Shown here piece by piece: positions 1-11,720 of a stretch of 64,000 nt of DNA. This stretch comes from Eledone cirrhosa (lineage: Eukaryota): positions 95,852,001 through 95,916,000 of the forward strand of contig OZ024743.1 in assembly GCA_964016885.1 (NCBI GenBank), in the 5' to 3' direction. Both the position numbers and the translations under genes were made by a program. Position 1 is the stretch's first letter. Each line of letters starts with the position of its first letter. Below the pieces are notes generated by a model that saw nothing but the letters and a program-made list of their open reading frames with translations, was not told the origin of the DNA and did not search any database.

Positions 1-3000
1 ATAGAAAGGCGTAGGAAGAGATAGAGAAGGAAGGAATAGAAAGGCGTAGGAGGAGATAGAGAAGGAAGGAATAGAAAGGCGTAGGAAGAGATAGAGAAGG
101 AAGGAATAGAAAGGCGTAGGAAGAGATAGAGAAGGAAGGAATAGAAAGGCGTAGGAGGAGATAGAGAAGGAAGGAATAGAAAGGCGTAGGAAGAGATAGA
201 GAAGGAAGGAATGGAAAGGCGTAGGAAGAGATAGAGAAGGAAGGAATAGAAAGGCGTAGGAAGAGATAGAGAAGGAAGGAATAGAAAGGCGTAGGAAGAG
301 ATAGAGAATGAAGGAATAGAAAGGTGTAGGAAGAGATAAAGAAGGAAGGAAGGGAAAGGCGTAGGAAGAGATAGAGAAGGAGGAATAGAAAGGCGTAGGA
401 AGAGATAGAGAAGGAAGGAATAGAAAGGTGTAGGAAGAGATAGAGAATGAAGGAATAGAAAGGTATAGGAAGAGATAAAGATTGAAGGAAGGGAAAGGCG
501 TAGGAAGAGATAGAGAAGGAAGGAATAGAAAGGCGTAAGAAGAGATAGAGAAGGAAGGAATAGAAAGGAGTAGGAAGAGATAGAGAAGGAAGGAATAGAA
601 AGGCGTAGGAAGAGATAGAGAATGAAGGAATAGAAAGGTGTAGGAAGAGATAAAGAAGGAAGGAAGGGAAAGGCGTAGGAAGAGATAGAGAAGGAGGAAT
701 AGAAAGGCGTAGGAAGAGATAGAGAAGGAGGAATAGAAAGGCGTAGGAAGAGATAGAGAAGGAAGGAATGGAAAGGTGTAGGAAGAGTTAGAGAAGGAAG
801 GAATGGAAAGGCGTAGGAAGAGATAGAGAAGGAAGGAATGGAAAGGCGTAGGAAAAGATAGAGTAGGAGGAATAGAAAGGCGTAGGAAGAGATAGAGAAG
901 GAAGGAATAGAACAGTGTAGGAAGAGATAGAGAAGGAAGGAATAGAAAGGCGTAGGAAGAGATAGAGAAGGAAGGAATAGAAAGGCGTAGGAAGAGATAG
1001 AGAAGGAAGGAATGGAAAGGCGTAGGAAGTGATAGAGAAGGAAGTAATAGAACTGCGTAGGAAGAGATAGAGAAGGAAGGAATAGAAAAACGTAGGAAGA
1101 GATAGAGAAGGAAGGAATAGAAAGGTGTAGGAAGTGATAGAGAAGGAAGGAATAGAAAGGCGTAGGAAGAGATAGAGAATGAAGGAATAGAAAGGTGTAG
1201 GAAGAGATAGAGAAGGAAGGAATGGAAAGGCGTAGGAAGAGATAGAGAAGGACGGAATAGAAAGGCGTAGGAAGAGATAGAGAAGAAGGAATAGAAAGGC
1301 GTAGGAAGAGATAGAGAAGGAGGAATAGAAAGGCGTAGGAAGAGATAGAGAAGGAAGGAATGGAAAGGCGTAGGAAGTGATAGAGAAGGAAGTAATAGAA
1401 CTGCCTAGGAAGAGATAGAGAAGGAAGGAATAGGAAAACGTAGGAAGAGATATAGAAGGAATGAATGGAAAGGCGTAGGAAGAGATAGAGAAGGAAGGAA
1501 TAGAAAGGTGTAGGAAGAGATAGAGAAGGAAGGAATAGAAAGGCGTAGGAAGAGATAGAGAAGGAAGGAATAGAAAGGCGTAGGAAGAGATAGAGAAGGA
1601 AGGAATAGAACAGCGTAGGAAGTGATAGAGAAGGAAGGAATAGAAAGGTGTAGGAAGAGATAGAGAAGGAAGGAATGGAAAGGTGTAGGAAGAGATAGAG
1701 AAGGAAGGAATGGAAAGGTGTAGGAAGAGATAGAGAAGGAAGTAATGGAAAGGCGTAGGAGGAGATAGAGAAGGAAGGAATAGAAAGGCGTAGGAAGAGA
1801 TAGAGAAGGAAGGAATGGAAAGGCGTAGGAAGAGATAGAGAAGGAAGGAATAGAAAGGCGTAGGAAGAGATAGAGAAGGAAGGAATAGAAAGGCGTAGGA
1901 AGAGATAGAGAATGAAGGAATAGAAAGGTGTAGGAAGAGATAAAGAAGGAAGGAAGGGAAAGGCGTAGGAAGTGATAGAGAAGGAGGAATAGAAAGGCGT
2001 AGGAAGAGATAGAGAAGGAAGGAATAGAAAGGTGTAGGAAGAGATAGAGAATGAAGGAATAGAAAGGTATAGGAAGAGATAAAGATTGAAGGAAGGGAAA
2101 GGCGTAGGAAGAGATAGAGAAGGAAGGAATAGAAAGGCGTAGGAAGAGATAGAGAAGGAAGGAATAGAAAGGAGTAGGAAGAGATAGAGAAGGAAGGAAT
2201 AGAAAGGCGTAGGAAGAGATAGAGAATGAAGGAATAGAAAGGTGTAGGAAGAGATAAAGAAGGAAGGAAGGGAAAGGCGTAGGAAGAGATAGAGAATGAA
2301 GGAATGGAAAGGTGTAGGAAGAGATAGAGAAGGAAGGAATAGAAAGGTGTAGGAAGAGATAGAGAAGGAGGAATAGAAAGGCGTAGGAAGAGATAGAGAA
2401 GGAAGGAATGGAAAGGTGTAGGAAGAGTTAGAGAAGGAGGAATAGAAAGGCGTAGGAAGAGATAGAGAAGGAGGAATAGAAAGGCGTAGGAAGAGATAGA
2501 GAAGGAAGGAATGGAAAGGTGTAGGAAGAGTTAGAGAAGGAAGGAATGGAAAGGCGTAGGAAGAGATAGAGAAGGAAGGAATAGAAAGGTGTAGGAAGAG
2601 ATAGAGAAGGAAGGAATGGAAAGGCGTAGGAAAAGATAGAGAAGGAAGGAATAGAAAGGTGTAGGAAGAGATAGAGAAGGAAGGAATGGAAAGGTGTAGG
2701 AAGAGATAGAGAAGGAAGGAATAGAAAGGCTTAGGAAGAGATTGAGAAGGAAGGAATAGAACAGCGTAGGAAGAGATAGAGAAGGAAGGAATAGAAAGGT
2801 GTAGGAAGAGATAGAGAAGGAAGGAATTGAACAGCGTAGGAAGAGATAGAGAAGGAAGGAATAGAAAGGTGTAGGAAGAGATAGAGAAGGAAGGAATAGA
2901 AAGGCGTAGGAAGAGATAGAGAAGGAAGGAATAGAAAGGCTTAGGATGAGATAGAGAAGGAAGGAATAGAACAGCGTAGGAAGAGATAGAGAAGGAAGGA

Positions 3001-6000
3001 ATAGTAAGGCGTAGGAAGAGATAGAGAAGGAAGTAATGGAAAGGCGTAGGAAGAAATAGAGAAGGAAGGAATGGAAAGGTGTAGGAAGAGATAGAGAAGG
3101 AAGGAATGGAAAGGCGTAGGAAGAGATAGAGGAGGAAGGAATAGAAAGGTGTAGGAAGAGATAGAGAAGGAAGGAATGGAAAGGTGTAGGAAGAGATAGA
3201 GAAGGAAGTAATGGAAAGGCGTAGGAAGAGATAGAGAAGGAGGAATAGAAAGGCGTAGGAAGAGATAGAGAAGGAAGGAATGGAAAGGTGTAGGAAGAGA
3301 TAGAGAAGGAAGGAATGGAAAGGCGTAGGAAGAGATAGAGAAGGAGGAATAGAAAGGCGTAGGAAGAGATAGAGAAGGAAGGAATGGAAAGGGGTAGGAA
3401 GAGATAGAGAAGGAGGAATAGAAAGGCGTAGGAAGAGATAGAGAAGGAAGGAATGGAAAGGTGTAGGAAGAGTTAGAGAAGGAAGGAATGGAAAGGCGTA
3501 GGAAGAGATAGAGAAGGAAGGAATGGAAAGGCGTAGGAAAAGATAGAGTAGGAGGAATAGAAAGGCGTAGGAAGAGATAGAGAAGGAAGGAATAGAAAGG
3601 CGTAGGAAGAGATAGAGAAGGAAGGAATAGAAAGGCGTAGGAAGAGATAGAGAAGGAAGGAATGGAAAGGCGTAGGAAGTGATAGAGAAGGAAGTAATAG
3701 AACTGCGTAGGAAGAGATAGAGAAGGAAGGAATAGAAAAACGTAGGAAGAGATAGAGAAGGAAGGAATAGAAAGGTGTAGGAAGTGATAGAGAAGGAAGG
3801 AATAGAAAGGCGTAGGAAGAGATAGAGAATGAAGGAATAGAAAGGTGTAGGAAGAGATAGAGAAGGAAGGAATGGAAAGGCGTAGGAAGAGATAGAGAAG
3901 GACGGAATAGAAAGGCGTAGGAAGAGATAGAGAAGGAGGAATAGAAAGGCGTAGGAAGAGATAGAGAAGGAGGAATAGAAAGGCGTAGGAAGAGATAGAG
4001 AAGGAAGGAATAGAACTGCCTAGGAAGAGATAGAGAAGGAAGGAATAGGAAAACGTAGGAAGAGATATAGAAGGAATGAATGGAAAGGCATAGGAAGAGA
4101 TAGAGAAGGAAGGAATAGAAAGGCGTAGGAAGAGATAGAGAAGCAAGGAATGGAAAGGCGTAGGAAGAGATAGAGAAGGAAGGAATGGAAAGGCATAGGA
4201 AGAGATAGAGAAGGAAGGAATGGAAAGGCGTAGGAAGTGATAGAGAAGGAAGGAATAGAAAGGCGTAGGAAGAGATATAGAAGGAATGAATGGAAAGGCG
4301 TAGGAAGAGATAGAGAAGGAAGGAATAGAAAGGCGTAGGAAGAGATAGAGAAGCAAGGAATGGAAAGGCGTAGGAAGAGATAGAGAAGGAAGGAATGGAA
4401 AGGCATAGGAAGAGATAGAGAAGGAAGGAATGGAAAGGCGTAGGAAGTGATAGAGAAGGAAGGAATAGAAAGGCGTAGGAAGAGATAGAGAAGCAAGGAA
4501 GGGAAAGGCATAGGAAGAGATAGAGAAGGAAGGAATAGAAAGGCTTAGGAAGAGATAGAGAAGGAAGGAATAGAAAGGCGTAGGAAGAGATAGAGAAGGA
4601 AGGAATAGAAAGGTGTAGGAAGAGATAGAGAAGGAGGAATAGAAAGGCGTAGGAAGAGATAGAGAATGAAGGAATAGAAAGGCGTAGGAAGAGATAGAGA
4701 AGGAAGGAATGGAAAGGCGTAGGAAGAGATAGAGCAGGAGGAATAGAAAGGCGTAGGAAGAGATAGAGAAGGAAGGAATGGAAAGGCTTAGGAACAGATA
4801 GAGAAGGAAGGAATAGAAAGGTGTAGGAAGAGATAAAGAAGTAAGGAATGGAAAGGCGTAGGAAGAGATAGAGAAGGAGGAATAGAAAGGCGTAGGAAGA
4901 GATAGTGAAGGAAGGAATGGAAAGGTGTAGGAAGAGATAGAGAAGGAAGGAATGGAAAGGTGTAGGAAGAGATAGAGAAGGAAGTAATGGAAAGGTGTAG
5001 GAAGAGATAGAGAAGGAAGGAATGGAAAGGCGTAGGAAGAGATAGAGAAGGAGGAATAGAAAGGCGTAGGAAGAGATAGAGAAGGAAGGAATGGAAAGGC
5101 GTAGGAAGAGATAGAGAAGGAGGAATAGAAAGGCGTAGGAAGAGATAGAGAAGGAAGGAATGGAAAGGTGTAGGAAGAGTTAGAGAAGGAAGAAATGGAA
5201 AGGCGTAGGAAGAGATAGAGAAGGAAGGAATGGAATGGCGTAGGAAAAGATAGAGAAGGAGGAATAGAAAGGTGTAGGAAGAGATAGAGAAGGAAGGAAT
5301 AGAAAGGCGTAGGAAGAGATAGAGAAGGAAGGAATAGAAAGGCGTAGGAAGAGATAGAGAAGGAAGGAATAGAACAGTGTAGGAAGAGATAGAGAAGGAA
5401 GGAATAGAAAGGCGTAGGAAGAGATAGAGAAGGAAGGAATAGAAAGGCGTAGGAGGAGATAGAGAAGGAAGGAATAGAAAGGCGTAATAAGAGATAGAGA
5501 AGGAAGGAATGGAAAGGCGTAGGAAGAGATAGAGAAGGAAGGAATAGAAAGGCGTAGGAAGAGATAGAGAAGGAAGGAATAGAAAGGCGTAGGAGGAGAT
5601 AGAGAAGGAAGGAATAGAAAGGCGTAGGAAGAGATAGAGAAGGAAGGAATGGAAAGGCGTAGGAAGAGATAGAGAAGGAAGGAATAGAAAGGCGTAGGAA
5701 GAGATAGAGAAGGAAGGAATAGAAAGGCGTAGGAAGAGATAGAGAATGAAGGAATAGAAAGGTGTAGGAAGAGATAAAGAAGGAAGGAAGGGAAAGGCGT
5801 AGGAAGAGATAGAGAAGGAGGAATAGAAAGGCGTAGGAAGAGATAGAGAAGGAAGGAATAGAAAGGCGTAGGAAGAGATAGAGAAGGAAGGAATAGAACA
5901 GTGTAGGAAGAGATAGAGAAGGAAGGAATAGAAAGGCGTAGGAAGAGATAGAGAAGGAAGGAATAGAAAGGCGTAGGAGGAGATAGAGAAGGAAGGAATA

Positions 6001-9000
6001 GAAAGGCGTAGGAAGAGATAGAGAAGGAAGGAATGGAAAGGCGTAGGAAGAGATAGAGAAGGAAGGAATAGAAAGGCGTAGGAAGAGATAGAGAAGGAAG
6101 GAATAGAAAGGCGTAGGAGGAGATAGAGAAGGAAGGAATAGAAAGGCGTAGGAAGAGATAGAGAAGGAAGGAATGGAAAGGCGTAGGAAGAGATAGAGAA
6201 GGAAGGAATAGAAAGGCGTAGGAAGAGATAGAGAAGGAAGGAATAGAAAGGCGTAGGAAGAGATAGAGAATGAAGGAATAGAAAGGTGTAGGAAGAGATA
6301 AAGAAGGAAGGAAGGGAAAGGCGTAGGAAGAGATAGAGAAGGAGGAATAGAAAGGCGTAGGAAGAGATAGAGAAGGAAGGAATAGAAAGGTGTAGGAAGA
6401 GATAGAGAATGAAGGAATAGAAAGGTATAGGAAGAGATAAAGATTGAAGGAAGGGAAAGGCGTAGGAAGAGATAGAGAAGGAAGGAATAGAAAGGCGTAA
6501 GAAGAGATAGAGAAGGAAGGAATAGAAAGGAGTAGGAAGAGATAGAGAAGGAAGGAATAGAAAGGCGTAGGAAGAGATAGAGAATGAAGGAATAGAAAGG
6601 TGTAGGAAGAGATAAAGAAGGAAGGAAGGGAAAGGCGTAGGAAGAGATAGAGAAGGAGGAATAGAAAGGCGTAGGAAGAGATAGAGAAGGAAGGAATGGA
6701 AAGGTGTAGGAAGAGTTAGAGAAGGAAGGAATGGAAAGGCGTAGGAAGAGATAGAGAACGAAGGAATAGAAAGGTGTAGGAAGAGATAGAGAAGGAAGGA
6801 ATAGAAAGGCGTAGGAAGAGATAGAGAAAGAAGGAATGGAAAGGCGTAGGAAGAGATAGAGAAAGAAGGAATGGAAAGGCGTAGGAAGAGATAGAGAAGG
6901 AGGAATAGAAAGGCGTAGGAAGAGATAGAGAAGGAAGGAATGGAAAGGCTTAGGAACAGATAGAGAAGGAAGGAATAGAAAGGTGTAGGAAGAGATAAAG
7001 AAGTAAGGAATGGAAAGGCGTAGGAAGAGATAGAGAAGGAGGAATAGAAAGGCGTAGGAAGAGATAGTGAAGGAAGGAATGGAAAGGTGTAGGAAGAGAT
7101 AGAGAAGGAAGGAATGGAAAGGTGTAGGAAGAGATAGAGAAGGAAGTAATGGAAAGGTGTAGGAAGAGATAGAGAAGGAAGGAATGGAAAGGCGTAGGAA
7201 GAGATAGAGAAGGAGGAATAGAAAGGCGTAGGAAGAGATAGAGAAGGAAGGAATGGAAAGGCGTAGGAAGAGATAGAGAAGGAGGAATAGAAAGGCGTAG
7301 GAAGAGATAGAGAAGGAAGGAATGGAAAGGTGTAGGAAGAGTTAGAGAAGGAAGAAATGGAAAGGCGTAGGAAGAGATAGAGAAGGAAGGAATGGAATGG
7401 CGTAGGAAAAGATAGAGTAGGAGGAATAGAAAGGCGTAGGAAGAGATAGAGAAGGAAGGAATAGAAAGGCGTAGGAAGAGATAGAGAAGGAAGGAATAGA
7501 ACAGTGTAGGAAGAGATAGAGAAGGAAGGAATAGAAAGGCGTAGGAAGAGATAGAGAAGGAAGGAATAGAAAGGCGTAGGAGGAGATAGAGAAGGAAGGA
7601 ATAGAAAGGCGTAGGAAGAGATAGAGAAGGAAGGAATGGAAAGGCGTAGGAAGAGATAGAGAAGGAAGGAATAGAAAGGCGTAGGAAGAGATAGAGAAGG
7701 AAGGAATAGAAAGGCGTAGGAGGAGATAGAGAAGGAAGGAATAGAAAGGCGTAGGAAGAGATAGAGAAGGAAGGAATGGAAAGGCGTAGGAAGAGATAGA
7801 GAAGGAAGGAATAGAAAGGCGTAGGAAGAGATAGAGAAGGAAGGAATAGAAAGGCGTAGGAAGAGATAGAGAATGAAGGAATAGAAAGGTGTAGGAAGAG
7901 ATAGAGAATGAAGGAATAGAAAGGTATAGGAAGAGATAAAGATTGAAGGAAGGGAAAGGCGTAGGAAGAGATAGAGAAGGAAGGAATAGAAAGGCGTAAG
8001 AAGAGATAGAGAAGGAAGGAATAGAAAGGAGTAGGAAGAGATAGAGAAGGAAGGAATAGAAAGGCGTAGGAAGAGATAGAGAATGAAGGAATAGAAAGGT
8101 GTAGGAAGAGATAAAGAAGGAAGGAAGGGAAAGGCGTAGGAAGAGATAGAGAAGGAGGAATAGAAAGGCGTAGGAAGAGATAGAGAAGGAAGGAATGGAA
8201 AGGTGTAGGAAGAGTTAGAGAAGGAAGGAATGGAAAGGCGTAGGAAGAGATAGAGAACGAAGGAATAGAAAGGTGTAGGAAGAGATAGAGAAGGAAGGAA
8301 TGGAAAGGCGTACGAAAAGATAGAGAAGGAAGGAATAGAAAGGTGTAGGAAGAGATAGAGAAGCAAGGAATGGAAAGGCGTAGGAAGAGATAGAGAAGGA
8401 AGGAATGGAAAGGTGTAGGAAGAGATAGAGAAGGAAGGAATAGAAAGGCTTAGGAAGAGATTGAGAAGGAAGGAATAGAACAGCGTAGGAAGAGATAGAG
8501 AAGGAAGGAATAGAAAGGTGTAGGAAGAGATAGAGAAGGAAGGAATAGAAAGGCGTAGGAAGAGATAGAGAAGGAAGGAATAGAAAGGCTTAGGATGAGA
8601 TAGAGAAGGAAGGAATAGAACAGCGTAGGAAGAGATAGAGAAGGAAGGAATAGAAAGGCGTAGGAAGAGATAGAGAAGGAAGTAATGGAAAGGCGTAGTT
8701 GGAGATAGAGAAGGAAGGAATAGAAAGGCTTAGGATGAGATAGAGAAGGAAGGAATAGAACAGCGTAGGAAGAGATAGAGAAGGAAGGAATAGAAAGGCT
8801 TAGGATGAGAAAGAGAAGGAAGGAATAGAACAGCGTAGGAAGAGATAGAGAAGGAAGGAATAGAAAGGCGTAGGAAGAGATAGAGAAGGAAGGAATGGAA
8901 AGGTGTAGGAAGAGATAGAGAAGGAAGGAATGGAAAGGCGTAGGAAGAGATAGAGGAGGAAGGAATAGAAAGGTGTAGGAAGAGATAGAGAAGGAAGGAA

Positions 9001-11149
9001 TGGAAAGGTGTAGGAAGAGATAGAGAAGGAAGTAATGGAAAGGCGTAGGAAGAGATAGAGAAGGAGGAATAGAAAGGCGTAGGAAGAGATAGAGAAGGAA
9101 GGAATGGAAAGGTGTAGGAAGAGATAGAGAAGGAAGGAATGGAAAGGCGTAGGAAGAGATAGAGAAGGAGGAATAGAAAGGCGTAGGAAGAGATAGAGAA
9201 GGAAGGAATGGAAAGGCGTAGGAAGAGATAGAGAAGGAGGAATAGAAAGGCGTAGGAAGAGATAGAGAAGGAAGGAATGGAAAGGTGTAGGAAGAGTTAG
9301 AGAAGGAAGGAATGGAAAGGCGTAGGAAGAGATAGAGAAGGAAGGAATGGAAAGGCGTAGGAAAATATAGAGTAGGAGGAATAGAAAGGCATAGGAAGAG
9401 ATAGAGAAGGAAGGAATAGAAAGGCGTAGGAAGAGATAGAGAAGGAAGGAATAGAAAGGCGTAGGAAGAGATAGAGAAGCAAGGAATGGAAAGGCGTAGG
9501 AAGAGATAGAGAAGGAAGGAATGGAAAGGCATAGGAAGAGATAGAGAAGGAAGGAATGGAAAGGCGTAGGAAGTGATAGAGAAGGAAGGAATAGAAAGGC
9601 GTAGGAAGAGATAGAGAAGCAAGGAAGGGAAAGGCATAGGAAGAGATAGAGAAGGAAGGAATAGAAAGGCTTAGGAAGAGATAGAGAAGGAAGGAATAGA
9701 AAGGCGTAGGAAGAGATAGAGAAGGAAGGAATAGAAAGGTGTAGGAAGAGATAGAGAAGGAGGAATAGAAAGGCGTAGGAAGAGATAGAGAAGGAAGGAA
9801 TAGAAAGGCGTAGGAAGAGATAGAGAAAGAAGGAATGGAAAGGCGTAGGAAGAGATAGAGAAGGAAGAATAGAAAGGCGTAGGAAGAGATAGAGAAGCAA
9901 GGAATGGAAAGGCTTAGAAAGAGATAGAGAAGGAAGGAATAGAAAGGCGTAGGAAGAGATAGAGAAGGAAGGAATGGAAAGGCTTAGGAAGAGATAGAGA
10001 AGGAAGGAATAGAAAGGTGTAGGAAGAGATAAAGAAGGAAGGAATGGAAAGGCGTAGGAAGAGATAGAGAAGGAAGGAATAGAAAGGCGTAGGAAGAGAT
10101 AGAGAAGGAAGGAATAGAAAGGTGTAGGAAGAGATAGAGAAGGAGGAATAGAAAGGCGTAGGAAGAGATAGAGAAGGAGGAATAGAAAGGCGTAGGAAGA
10201 GATAGAGAAGGAAGGAATAGAAAGGCGTAGGAAGAGATATAGAAGGAATGAATGGAAAGGCATAGGAAGAGATAGAGAAGGAAGGAATAGAAAGGCGTAG
10301 GAAGAGATAGAGAAGCAAGGAATGGAAAGGCGTAGGAAGAGATAGAGAAGGAAGGAATGGAAAGGCATAGGAAGAGATAGAGAAGGAAGGAATGGAAAGG
10401 CGTAGGAAGTGATAGAGAAGGAAGGAATAGAAAGGCGTAGGAAGAGATAGAGAAGCAAGGAATGGAAAGGCGTAGGAAGAGATAGAGAAGGAAGGAATGG
10501 AAAGGCATAGGAAGTGATAGAGAAGGAAGGAATAGAAAGGCGTAGGAAGAGATATAGAAGGAATGAATGGAAAGGCGTAGGAAGAGATAGAGAAGGAAGG
10601 AATAGAAAGGCGTAGGAAGAGATAGAGAAGCAAGGAATGGAAAGGCGTAGGAAGAGATAGAGAAGGAAGGAATGGAAAGGCATAGGAAGTGATAGAGAAG
10701 GAAGGAATAGAAAGGCGTAGGAAGAGATAGAGAAGCAAGGAAGGGAAAGGCATAGGAAGAGATAGAGAAGGAAGGAATAGAAAGGCTTAGGAAGAGATAG
10801 AGAAGGAAGGAATAGAAAGGCGTAGGAAGAGATAGAGAAGGAAGGAATAGAAAGGTGTAGGAAGAGATAGAGAAGGAGGAATAGAAAGGCGTAGGAAGAG
10901 ATAGAGAATGAAGGAATAGAAAGGCGTAGGAAGAGATAGAGAAAGAAGGAATAGAAAGGCGTAGGAAGAGATAGAGAAGGAAGGAATGGAAAGGCTTAGG
11001 AACAGATAGAGAAGGAAGGAATAGAAAGGTGTAGGAAGAGATAAAGAAGGAAGGAATGGAAAGGCGTAGGAAGAGATAGAGAAGGAGGAATAGAAAGGCG
11101 TAGGAAGAGATAGTGAAGGAAGGAATGGAAAGGTGTAGGAAGAGATAGA

Positions 11150-11720
11150 GAAGGAGGAATAGAAAGGCGTAGGAAGAGATAGAGAAGCAAGGAATGGAAA
11201 GGTGTAGGAGGAGATAGAGAAGGAAGTAATGGAAAGGTGTAGGAAGAGATAGAGAAGGAAGGAATGGAAAGGCGTAGGAAGAGATAGAGAAGGAGGAATA
11301 GAAAGGCGTAGGAAGAGATAGAGAAGCAAGGAATGGAAAGGTGTAGGAGGAGATAGAGAAGGAAGTAATGGAAAGGTGTAGGAAGAGATAGAGAAGGAAG
11401 GAATGGAAAGGCGTAGGAAGAGATAGAGAAGGAGGAATAGAAAGGCGTAGGAAGAGATAGAGAAGCAAGGAATGGAAAGGTGTAGGAGGAGATAGAGAAG
11501 GAAGTAATGGAAAGGTGTAGGAAGAGATAGAGAAGGAAGGAATGGAAAGGCGTAGGAAGAGATAGAGAAGGAGGAATAGAAAGGCGTAGGAAGAGATAGA
11601 GAAGCAAGGAATGGAAAGGTGTAGGAGGAGATAGAGAAGGAAGTAATGGAAAGGTGTAGGAAGAGATAGAGAAGGAAGGAATGGAAAGGCGTAGGAAGAG
11701 ATAGAGAAGGAGGAATAGAA
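11150..11720 (+). repeat. Local 139-bp (4-monomer) higher-order repeat, 4 copies
   Basis: The C of AGAAGCAAGG is at 11188, 11327, 11466 and 11605, each followed by GTGTAGGAGG, GAAGTAATGG and a 34-bp monomer. Confidence 0.92.

Noticed and set aside
205-220. Similarity to human HSat2/3 (GGAAT)n or Drosophila AAGAG/AATAG satellites
   Set aside because: Only isolated pentamers match (GGAATGGAA, AAGAG, AATAG). The fixed 35-bp monomer is not the structure of those families.
376-392. Shine-Dalgarno-like AAGGAGG in the 34-bp monomer variant
   Set aside because: It is a one-base deletion in AAGGAAGG, followed by ATAG (stop) rather than a start. All + strand frames close within a monomer or two.
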